In this document: positions 23,587 to 32,219 of the stretch, one piece after another
How the letters are laid out: each line of letters starts with the position of its first letter
Position numbering within the stretch: position 1 is the first letter of the stretch
NCBI GenBank assembly: GCA_965195345.1
Contig: OZ239628.1
Coordinates: 128,001 to 192,000, forward strand
Source of the DNA: an uncultured Thiomicrospira sp.
GTDB lineage: Bacteria; Pseudomonadota; Gammaproteobacteria; CAKMZV01
Direction of reading: 5' to 3'
Length of the DNA stretch: 64,000 bases
Made by a program: the position numbers and the translations under genes
The notes under the pieces: generated by a model
What the model saw: only the letters and a program-made list of their open reading frames with translations
Database searches by the model: none
What the model was told of the DNA's origin: nothing

Positions 23587-24438
23587 ATGAAGGATATTCA
23601 AGATGATCGCACTCAAGATCGTAATTACGAAGGTGATTTTTGGCCAGGATTTGTCGATATCATGTCAGGTATTATTCTCGCCTTAAGCTTTCTGGTTTTA
23701 ATAGCAGGCATCATTATTGCCATAATTTTCAAAGTAAATGTTACTATCAAAATTTTAAAGGACGAAGAAATACTTTATAAATACGTTCTTACCGTTTTGC
23801 AAGAATCTCCTTTGTTGACTGAAGCACAGTTTGATGTCATAGAAAAAGCGAAGGAGGGTGAATCTCTGCAAGTGCTGGTTTCAGACACAGTCCGTGAGTT
23901 AGAAAACGTTGCTGAGCGGACGCACGTTGTTCGTGATGAATATCCAGAGTTGAAAAGACGCATTCTTCAAGAAATTAGTTTTCTTGAGCTTCAGGTTGAC
24001 CAACTCAGCAATCCCCCTCAAGGCCAAACAGAATCGTTATTAAAAAGTAAAGGTGGTCTCTCAAACAATACGGTTTCTCATTCAAAAGTGCCTCCTGCCG
24101 AAAAAAACTGGGATATTCGTCGATTTGATGAATCACTATTAGTTCAATTTACTAACACCTCAAGTGCTCGCCCAGAAGCTAAAGCATTTGCTGAGTTTAG
24201 GGCGTCTTTACTTCAGTGGTTGAATAATCGCAAAGGAACCATTCAGTTGTCCGTTAAGAACGCAGATGCCGTTTATCAATCGTTGGCTAATCGAGATTCA
24301 TTGGCGCGCGTTTTGTATGTAAGAGACGTCATCCGAAGTTTCGACCCAACTATAAAGATGTCTATTTCCAAAAATGCAAACACACCTGAAAAACTGAAAG
24401 ACGAAAAATTCGGCTGGATCTTGATAACTTTGGAATAA
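23587..24438 (+). CDS. MotB-like stator B subunit 2 (single TM, degenerate OmpA-like domain)
   Basis: FWPGFVD motif plus TM helix, helical stalk, C-terminal domain paralogous to the upstream gene (WDIxRxxxSxxxxFxN). Confidence 0.72.
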   Translation: MKDIQDDRTQDRNYEGDFWPGFVDIMSGIILALSFLVLIAGIIIAIIFKVNVTIKILKDEEILYKYVLTVLQESPLLTEAQFDVIEKAKEGESLQVLVSDTVRELENVAERTHVVRDEYPELKRRILQEISFLELQVDQLSNPPQGQTESLLKSKGGLSNNTVSHSKVPPAEKNWDIRRFDESLLVQFTNTSSARPEAKAFAEFRASLLQWLNNRKGTIQLSVKNADAVYQSLANRDSLARVLYVRDVIRSFDPTIKMSISKNANTPEKLKDEKFGWILITLE

Positions 24439-24475
24439 TAATTTCTATGGAACTAGAAAATCGAAGGGAATACAA

Positions 24476-25759
24476 ATGAAATATAAAATCACAGGGTTCT
24501 TTTTAATTGTTTTTATGATCAGCCCATCAGTTTGGAGCCTTGATCTTCAACAATCTGTTCTAACTGCTTTAGGTCGTGTAGAGGAATCAAAGATTGTTGC
24601 ATCACAAATTCGACAGGGGCAAAATAGAATTGATGAGGCTGATGCTGCTTACTATCCTAATTTATCTGTCAACATACAGACGGGTACAGAGTTTCGTACT
24701 CCAGGCTTTATAGCAGGTCAAACAGATGATACTTTCTATTCTTATCGATTAAGAACAACGCTTGATCAGCATCTATTTGATGGTGAAAGCAGACGGTTTT
24801 CTCTCGAAAATAGTAAGCTTTCTTTAAAGGCAACTGAATTTCAAGCCCAATCTGTTCTTGAAAGAGTTACTTTTGACGTTGTAACAAGTTATTTAAACGT
24901 TGTTTATGTGGGTGAAGTAGTTCGCACACACAAAGAGAATTTAGTTGATTTCCAGCGCATATCAAAACAAATTGATGCGCGCGCACAAGGTGGTGCATTA
25001 CCAACGGCTGATGCGCAACAAGTCAAAGCACGTGTTGTTGGTGCTGAAGCCGCCTTAAGTCGTGCTCAGTTAGAACTTTCCGAAGCTGAATTCTCATATA
25101 CTAGACTTGTTGGACCAGTTGAAAGTGATATGTCTATCCCGTTTGAAGTGCCTGATATCTTTTTCGAAAACTATGGTTTACTTTTGGAAAAAATGCGCAC
25201 TCAAAACACTGGACTTCAACAAGCAAAATATAATCGCAGAGTAGCATTGACAGACATAAATATATCCAAAGCGGCCTTCTGGCCAACTATTTCTTTTCAA
25301 CTACTGCTTCAAAATGAAAACACTTTCTCAGGAGGACAGGGAGAAATAAATCAGGCAGGCGCCTTTTTCAATTTGAACTACAACTATAACTTGGGGGGCG
25401 CTACAGAAAACAGTGTGGATAGAGCTGAAGAGCGTTCTAAAGAATTATTCCTTTTAAGGCAGCTCTTGCGTCGCGATTCAGAAATAACTTTGCAGACGGC
25501 CTATTCAAATTATCTATCATTCAAAAAGGTTAATCGAGCCATTCAATTAGAGATTGAATCTAATCGTAAGGTTCTTGAGGCTCAATTACAACAACAGCGG
25601 TTTGGCGATGTAAGGGTCTTGGATTTAGTCACTGCACAAGAGCGATTAAATGATGCCAGAATTCGTTTACTACGTAGCCAATTGGACGAGCAATTAACAC
25701 GCTATCAAATTCTACAACTGATTGGTGAAATTCTAACGCACTTTAATTCTTCAGGCTAA
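24476..25759 (+). CDS. TolC-family outer-membrane protein (T1SS/LapE/SiiC-like)
   Basis: Signal peptide, AAYYPNLS, QHLFDG, AAFWPTIS, VLDLVTAQ; two OEP repeats. Confidence 0.9.
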   Translation: MKYKITGFFLIVFMISPSVWSLDLQQSVLTALGRVEESKIVASQIRQGQNRIDEADAAYYPNLSVNIQTGTEFRTPGFIAGQTDDTFYSYRLRTTLDQHLFDGESRRFSLENSKLSLKATEFQAQSVLERVTFDVVTSYLNVVYVGEVVRTHKENLVDFQRISKQIDARAQGGALPTADAQQVKARVVGAEAALSRAQLELSEAEFSYTRLVGPVESDMSIPFEVPDIFFENYGLLLEKMRTQNTGLQQAKYNRRVALTDINISKAAFWPTISFQLLLQNENTFSGGQGEINQAGAFFNLNYNYNLGGATENSVDRAEERSKELFLLRQLLRRDSEITLQTAYSNYLSFKKVNRAIQLEIESNRKVLEAQLQQQRFGDVRVLDLVTAQERLNDARIRLLRSQLDEQLTRYQILQLIGEILTHFNSSG

Positions 25760-25783
25760 GTCACTGAAAATCAAAAACAATTC

Positions 25784-25812
25784 TTGACATTTTAATCCGC
25801 TGCCATCATAAT
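25784..25812 (+). promoter_or_regulatory. Near-consensus sigma70 promoter for the RTX gene
   Basis: TTGACA (25784-25789), 17 bp spacer, CATAAT (25807-25812); A-rich sequence upstream. Confidence 0.65.
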
Positions 25813-25888
25813 GATTTAATAGTGGAGAATTAACTATTCATTCCAAAAATAAATAATAGTAAAAAATAGTACGAAGGAAGATAGTAGG

Positions 25889-28800
25889 ATGGAATTAAAA
25901 TCTGTTGTTGAATATACTGACCGCGGGCTAAAAATCGCGCAGCCTCTTGAAAATGAAAAACATTTAGTTTACGTTCGTCCAGGGGATAATATTGAGCTTG
26001 ATTTCTCAGATCAAGATCTTGCGTTTTATCTTGTTGACGGCGACGTTATTGTCAATTCGCCCCAAGGCGGACAGCTCGTGTTTCTTCAACTTGGCAGTTT
26101 GGCTCTCAATCTTGATGATGCCCCTACCCTTATAGCAAGTGCGGGCGATAAAATTGACATTCTTTCTCGGGTTGAAGTTAGCCCTCTTATTGATCAAGAA
26201 AAAGATATAACAGACAAGTTTCTTGAGCTGCAAGCTGCAAGTGAAAAGCATGAGGTTGAGGAAGAGTCTTTAGCTCGTCAGAGAGAATTGCTCGAAGAAA
26301 CATTGGAAAGTATTGAACAATACGTGTCTCAAGTGTCTGAATCAGCAGTTGCAGGTCCTAACGATACCGATCAGAGTGACGGAGAACAAAGAAGCGGTGA
26401 CTTGTCAACAGTCGAATTTGTACAACAAACTGTTTCTCAAGAAGTTAGATCTTCTGAAGCCACATCGATTCCTGAGCCTCAACAAATAGACGTTGACTCC
26501 CAATCTCAAACTCAATCAGGGGAGGGGGAGGTCGATCGAGTTGAACAACTTCCTCAATTACCTGTCCTTAATTTTTCTCTTAATAACGCCGAAGTTCTTC
26601 ATGTTGCCCAACGGGTAACAGCAGTTCCTGGGAATCCAGCAACTACCACCATACTTGGTGGATCTGGAAGCTTACAAGGTGCAGTGAGTCCAAATCTTCC
26701 TGATAGGATTGCAAATGAAACATTAGGTGATACTGGTAGCTCATCAAATCAAACCATTCAAACCGAGAATAATTTATTTTTTAATGGATCAACAGCTGCT
26801 CAAGTCATCAGCTTAAATCCTTCTGCTCCTGACGGGTTTGATGTGCAGACCATCAGTATCAATGGATTCCCTGCAGGCTCTATCATATATGCGAACGATG
26901 GAACATCCAGTACCCCTATACTGAATACTGCTTTGTCTCCTGGGGCAGACTTAACTTTTCAAAGAATAACCGCCGGTGATACTCCAAGCGACACGAGCAT
27001 CTCGTTTTTAAGCAATACGGATATCTCATTTATCATTGTTTATCCACAAGCACAAGCAACTACTGTGCCCTTTTCTCTAACCGTAAATGCTACCGCCACC
27101 TTTAACCCAAGCTCAGGCTTCGACGCTCCTAACGTCACAACATTAACAGCGCAGAATACCCTTAGCGGGATTGTACAGCAGCAAGTGGTTTCTGCAACAG
27201 ATTTAGCGACGGCAGATTTGGTTTTAAGCTCCGTTCCAACTACAAACGAAGTAACTACCGGTTCTGGGGATGATACGATATTTGGCGGGAGCGTGGTTGA
27301 CATTATCAACGGTGGCGATGGCAATGATATATTCACAACTTTTGAAGGACAGGATACTGTTGATGGTGGGGGTGGCTCAGATACGTTGTACTACGGCATA
27401 GATGGTAACTTTGGTTATTTACCTACTACAATTGGTGCTTTAAATGGAGTTGTCATTGATATGGCTAACCCTACTGCCAATGGGTCAGTTGCGGTAGCGG
27501 TTGGAACGGGGCCAGATATAGACGCTATTCGTAATGTTGAAAACATTGTTGCCTCTTTTGGCAATGACACAATACGTGGTGATGCTGCCGATAATACATT
27601 CAGAGGTCTGGCTGGAGATGACTCCCTTTCAGGAGGACTAGGAAACGATACTCTTGATGGCGGTGATGGAATTGATGTTGTCGACTTTAGAGATTCTGCA
27701 ACAGCAATATCAGCTAATATCTCAATGACCTCTAATACTTCATTTTCAGCTGGAGCAATTAATGCAGCCTCATCAACTGGTCAAGGAACGGACTCTTTGA
27801 TCGGAATTGAAAACATAATAGGCTCTTCACTCGCCGACATAATCATCGGTGATGCCGCCGCCAATACAATCAGCGGAAGCGGTGGAAACGATACTATCTT
27901 GGCTGGTGGCGGTGTAGACATTATTGATGCGGACGGCGAATTGTTGCGCGATTTAAATAATAACGGCGATACTAACGATCCCCTTGAAACTGCCATTGCA
28001 GGAAATCAAGACACTATAGATTATAGCTGGCTTCCAGCAAATATGGGAGGAGTGGACGTTAACCTTTCCCAGCAAACAGGGAATAACGTTACTTATTTAG
28101 CAGATACTAATACTCCAGGTAGCGTTGATCAAAGTGGAGGAACTGTCTCTAATTTTGAAAATATCAGAGGTTCTCAAAACAATGACGTCCTCACAGGTGA
28201 TGCTGGAGACAACGTCTTTTTTGCATCTTCAGGATTAGATGTCATTGCAGGGGGTGATGGCACAGATACATTAGATTTTTCCAATAATACGATAACATCA
28301 AGTGATGATGTTTTTGGGGACTCTACAATAACTAGTAATATTGATCTGAACAACGGTTCCTATACCATCTCCGCCTCAGATGGAACAACCATCGCTGAAA
28401 GCACAAATGTATCAAATATAGAAAACGTAATCGGAACCGATGGCAACGACGTGATATCAACTTCAAGAAATTTGATAGGAAATAGCACTGTGATAAGTGG
28501 CGGGGGCAACGACACTATCAATGCCAGCGCAGGGAACAACTCTATTGATGGCGGCACAGGAATTGATACTGTAAACTATTTGGCTTTTACTGCAACCGAC
28601 GCTATTAATGTGAACTTAAATACGAACATTGTAGATAAAGAAACTTCTGGCAGCGACACATTAACAAGCATAGAAAATGTGACGGGAACAACCAACAACG
28701 ACTCGTTCATTGGTAATGCCCAAGCTAATACCTTTGATGGACTTGGTGGAAATGACACCTTCAATTACAGCACTTCAAGCTCTTTAACAGAGAACAATGA

Positions 28801-31800
28801 TACTTTTATGGGAGGTGATGGAATAGATACTGTTGATTTTAGTAGCCTTGCAATTCCAACTGGGACGCGTCCATCAAATCAAGTCGTTACTGATACAATT
28901 TTAGGGAATACGGTTACAACCACTTTATTAGACTTTAATCAAAATGGTATAGCAGTTAATCTTTCAAATCCCGATGCTTCAGGCAATTCATCAGTAAGCG
29001 TACTCTCTAATACACTTGCTTTGAATGGAATTGAGGAAATTATTGGCACTGGGAATGGGGATATTTTGATTGGCGATACCTCATCAAACACGTTAATAGG
29101 AAATAACGGTAATGATTACCTCTTGGGGCTTTCTGGTTCAGATAGTCTTTCGGGGGGAGCGGGTAATGACACTTTATCTGGGGGAGCTGGAAACGACATA
29201 TTAGATGGAGGAGTCGGACAAGATTGGTTGATCTACAACACATCCACTTCAGCGATAAATGTTAATCTGCAAACCAGCACCGTTAGCAGTGATGGCTTTG
29301 GTTCTATAGATACCATTACTGGATTTGAAAACGTCCTGGGCGGAGATTTTAATGATGATATAACAAGCGCGAGCGCAAGTACTATTGTAGGCGGGCTTGG
29401 AAATGATACCGTTCGAGTAGGCGTTGGAGCGACAGGGACATTCTCATTTTATGGAGATAACGTCGCAACCCTAACTGATCAAACCTTAATGCATCAAGTT
29501 GACAATACCGTCAATAATAATGACGTTGTTGATTTTTCCAATAGCTCTCAACCGCTATTTGTCGATTTAACAAGCCCTTTAAATCAATTTCTTCTCGGAT
29601 CTAGAGTAGACGCTAATGGTGACGGTATATTTACTGACGCCGATATTACTTCTCCTACTGGATTTGCCTTTGGCTTCGAAAGCGTTACTGGAACCGCATC
29701 TAATGACATTCTAATCGGTGATTTAAATAATAACATTCTTAATGGTGGGGATGGAGACGATACCATCAATGGTGGAGCAGGAAATGACACGCTTCGTGGT
29801 GGAAATGGCAATGATACTTTAGATCTTAGCGCTTCATCAGAAGCACAAAGAATTGATTTATCATCAACAGTAAATCAAACAACCGCATTCCTCACTCAGG
29901 ATAGTTATCTCGGTTTTGAAAATGTCAATACGGGCGGTAATGTGGATTCAATTATTGGCAGTTCGAGCGATAATATTATTTTTTCCGGAGCCGGTAACGA
30001 TGATATCAGTGGCAGTTTAGGTCAAGATACAATTGATGGTGGAACCGGCGTTGATCAACTTAGTTACGCTTTGCTTAATACGGCAATTACTGCAAATTTT
30101 GCAACTGCGCCAACAAATTTGCAGATTAACGGTTCAACCCAGACATTTAGCAATATCGAAAATTTAACAACTTCTCAAGGAAACGACACCTTGACGCTTG
30201 GGTCCAATTTAATGTTTGTTGATGGAAGTGCAGGAAATGACACCTTCAACTTACAGAATGCTCAAGGAACCGTTGGTGTGGTCTTAGCAGATGGAGGAAC
30301 TGGCACAGATACGGCGTCCTTTGCTCAATCGATCGGTCAAGTGACAATCTCTGCAGGCGGGTCAACGAACGCATTAGGGATATCCGTTTCAGGATCCAGA
30401 TATGATATTCAAGACTTTGAAACGCTCATCCTATCTAATCAAAATGATACTGTTCAAAGTATTGCTAACTTTGGATCCAGTCTTAATATTCAGTCGGGTC
30501 AGGGTAATGACACGATCACAGGTGGAAGCAATAATGACACTTTAGACAGTGGCTCTGGCAACGACATGATATTTGCAAGCCTTGGTTCGGATGCGATTGA
30601 AGGTGGGATTGGTACCGATACGCTTTCGTATGCAAATTTGACAAGTACATCAACCGTTGCACTTACTGCAGGTGCGAGCCAAGTAACTGTAGCTGGCACT
30701 AATGCATTTACCGACATGCTGACTAATGTTGAATCATTAGTCCTTGGTGGTGGGAGCGACAGTATCAATATAAGCGGTATTAATGGATTAGGGACAGTTG
30801 ATGCTGGAGGTGGGCAAGACAGTGTTTCGTTCGCCAGTGCTGTGACAACGACAGACGGCGCTAACTTTTCGATCGCATCTTCAAACATAAATCTTGTAAA
30901 TGTCGAAAATTTTAATGGCAGTGCCCAAGCAGATACCTTAGACTTTGGGAATATTTCCACAGGGATTACTGTTGTAGGGGGTGACGGAAATGACACTATA
31001 ACGGGCTCTTCTGCTCAAGATATTTTGGAAGGAGGCGCAGGCTCTGACATCATAAATGCTGGAGGAGGAGGAGGCACTATTTTTGGAGGCACTGCCGATG
31101 GTGATACGATAACAGGGAGCGCAATGGGCGGAGTGGGTCTGCTCGATACTCTTAGTTATTCAACTCCTTCTTTTAGCAGTACAACGCCGACTACTTCTAA
31201 TTTCACTGCTACTTTAGACGCAAATACAGGCACTATTTCTGATGGAATAGGTACGGACACCGTAAATCAAGCACAAGGTGCTATAGAAAATTTTGTTTTT
31301 GGAAGTGGTAATGACATCGTTAATGTTGATATTGATTTAATTAACGCTGCAGTAGACTCAGGGATAAACCAAATTGACACTGGATTGAACAGTGCATTAT
31401 CCCCTACAAATAATGGTGATGAAATTAGGCTTACTGGCGACTTGGTAGGAGGAGGAGCAACAAGCATTAATTCATCAGGTATTGGCGCCAATTTTACAGC
31501 GACAATGTTTCAAAACATCGAAATACTTGACCTTACTGACGTAACAACGAACGGGAACAATAACCTCCAACTTGATGCCGAATTTCTGAGAAATTGGACG
31601 CAAGATGCTGCAACTGGAACAGACGGGAATACTCGTGTATTAAACATATTCGTTGACGCAGATACTACTTTAAGCTTCGGTTCAAACGCTACGCCACCCG
31701 CAGGCACAGGCTCAGATTTTTACTTCTATGAGGATGTTGGTGGGACTGCGAGCAACTCTCTAATTGGTGATCTGGTGAATCCAACGTTTCTCGGTAATTT

Positions 31801-31969
31801 AGACGGCACCCTTACAGGCAACATCCCTACTGGAACAAACTCCCCTGCAGGAGCTCCTGCAAACACAACTTCTGGAACGGTTACCCTCACTGCAAACGAT
31901 CAATATTCTTTAACATATACTGAAAGTGGTCAGGACGGATTAGCAATAATCATTACAGCAATGGCGTAA
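25889..31969 (+). CDS. Giant RTX Ca2+-binding surface protein / putative adhesin (T1SS-type substrate)
   Basis: 2026 aa, no Sec signal, no Cys seen, strongly acidic. Many GGxGxDxL nonapeptides alternate with 'IENI/VxG' modules from about aa 457. The N-terminal module resembles adhesin retention/BapA-prefix domains. Confidence 0.9.
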   Translation: MELKSVVEYTDRGLKIAQPLENEKHLVYVRPGDNIELDFSDQDLAFYLVDGDVIVNSPQGGQLVFLQLGSLALNLDDAPTLIASAGDKIDILSRVEVSPLIDQEKDITDKFLELQAASEKHEVEEESLARQRELLEETLESIEQYVSQVSESAVAGPNDTDQSDGEQRSGDLSTVEFVQQTVSQEVRSSEATSIPEPQQIDVDSQSQTQSGEGEVDRVEQLPQLPVLNFSLNNAEVLHVAQRVTAVPGNPATTTILGGSGSLQGAVSPNLPDRIANETLGDTGSSSNQTIQTENNLFFNGSTAAQVISLNPSAPDGFDVQTISINGFPAGSIIYANDGTSSTPILNTALSPGADLTFQRITAGDTPSDTSISFLSNTDISFIIVYPQAQATTVPFSLTVNATATFNPSSGFDAPNVTTLTAQNTLSGIVQQQVVSATDLATADLVLSSVPTTNEVTTGSGDDTIFGGSVVDIINGGDGNDIFTTFEGQDTVDGGGGSDTLYYGIDGNFGYLPTTIGALNGVVIDMANPTANGSVAVAVGTGPDIDAIRNVENIVASFGNDTIRGDAADNTFRGLAGDDSLSGGLGNDTLDGGDGIDVVDFRDSATAISANISMTSNTSFSAGAINAASSTGQGTDSLIGIENIIGSSLADIIIGDAAANTISGSGGNDTILAGGGVDIIDADGELLRDLNNNGDTNDPLETAIAGNQDTIDYSWLPANMGGVDVNLSQQTGNNVTYLADTNTPGSVDQSGGTVSNFENIRGSQNNDVLTGDAGDNVFFASSGLDVIAGGDGTDTLDFSNNTITSSDDVFGDSTITSNIDLNNGSYTISASDGTTIAESTNVSNIENVIGTDGNDVISTSRNLIGNSTVISGGGNDTINASAGNNSIDGGTGIDTVNYLAFTATDAINVNLNTNIVDKETSGSDTLTSIENVTGTTNNDSFIGNAQANTFDGLGGNDTFNYSTSSSLTENNDTFMGGDGIDTVDFSSLAIPTGTRPSNQVVTDTILGNTVTTTLLDFNQNGIAVNLSNPDASGNSSVSVLSNTLALNGIEEIIGTGNGDILIGDTSSNTLIGNNGNDYLLGLSGSDSLSGGAGNDTLSGGAGNDILDGGVGQDWLIYNTSTSAINVNLQTSTVSSDGFGSIDTITGFENVLGGDFNDDITSASASTIVGGLGNDTVRVGVGATGTFSFYGDNVATLTDQTLMHQVDNTVNNNDVVDFSNSSQPLFVDLTSPLNQFLLGSRVDANGDGIFTDADITSPTGFAFGFESVTGTASNDILIGDLNNNILNGGDGDDTINGGAGNDTLRGGNGNDTLDLSASSEAQRIDLSSTVNQTTAFLTQDSYLGFENVNTGGNVDSIIGSSSDNIIFSGAGNDDISGSLGQDTIDGGTGVDQLSYALLNTAITANFATAPTNLQINGSTQTFSNIENLTTSQGNDTLTLGSNLMFVDGSAGNDTFNLQNAQGTVGVVLADGGTGTDTASFAQSIGQVTISAGGSTNALGISVSGSRYDIQDFETLILSNQNDTVQSIANFGSSLNIQSGQGNDTITGGSNNDTLDSGSGNDMIFASLGSDAIEGGIGTDTLSYANLTSTSTVALTAGASQVTVAGTNAFTDMLTNVESLVLGGGSDSINISGINGLGTVDAGGGQDSVSFASAVTTTDGANFSIASSNINLVNVENFNGSAQADTLDFGNISTGITVVGGDGNDTITGSSAQDILEGGAGSDIINAGGGGGTIFGGTADGDTITGSAMGGVGLLDTLSYSTPSFSSTTPTTSNFTATLDANTGTISDGIGTDTVNQAQGAIENFVFGSGNDIVNVDIDLINAAVDSGINQIDTGLNSALSPTNNGDEIRLTGDLVGGGATSINSSGIGANFTATMFQNIEILDLTDVTTNGNNNLQLDAEFLRNWTQDAATGTDGNTRVLNIFVDADTTLSFGSNATPPAGTGSDFYFYEDVGGTASNSLIGDLVNPTFLGNLDGTLTGNIPTGTNSPAGAPANTTSGTVTLTANDQYSLTYTESGQDGLAIIITAMA

Positions 31970-32219
31970 ATACAACATTAGCAACCCCCACGTACGTTTA
32001 AACTAATTCGCATTTACCGACCTTAACCAATTTAAATCATCTCTTTTCTAAAGAATAAGATTGAGCTCGTGTATTCAAAAATTCAAAGGTTGGTAAAATA
32101 CCCTCTATTTCAATAGTTAGTCGAAGAAAAGTATTATTGCTCATGTCAAAATGGATTCGATGTTAACTGCTTTGAAATGAATAGACATTCTCAATAATTA
32201 TAGAAAACACATCAATAAT

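Noticed and set aside
21382-24438. Zorya anti-phage system (zorAB)
   Set aside because: The A/B subunits are superfamily-similar, but there are no zorC/D/E or other defence genes, and the context is TolC + RTX.
21382-24438. Flagellar motAB or exbBD/tolQR
   Set aside because: No flagellar, tonB or tolA/B/pal genes. The B subunits have WPxxVD and degenerate OmpA-like domains rather than MotB WxxxYAD/GHTD or ExbD N.xPxIDV motifs.
26006-31707. Multiple minus-strand ORFs inside the RTX gene
   Set aside because: Shadow ORFs produced by Gly/Asp/Thr codon periodicity (Pro/Ser/Val-rich antisense); no independent coding signal.
25889-31969. Pore-forming RTX toxin or CRISPR-like DNA repeats
   Set aside because: No hydrophobic pore domain or rtxC acyltransferase. 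The repeats are degenerate protein-level nonapeptides, not identical DNA repeats with spacers.
31970-32219. tRNA, att site or IS end marking the adhesin locus as a mobile island
   Set aside because: No tRNA fold, integrase, transposase or flanking direct repeats seen at either end.
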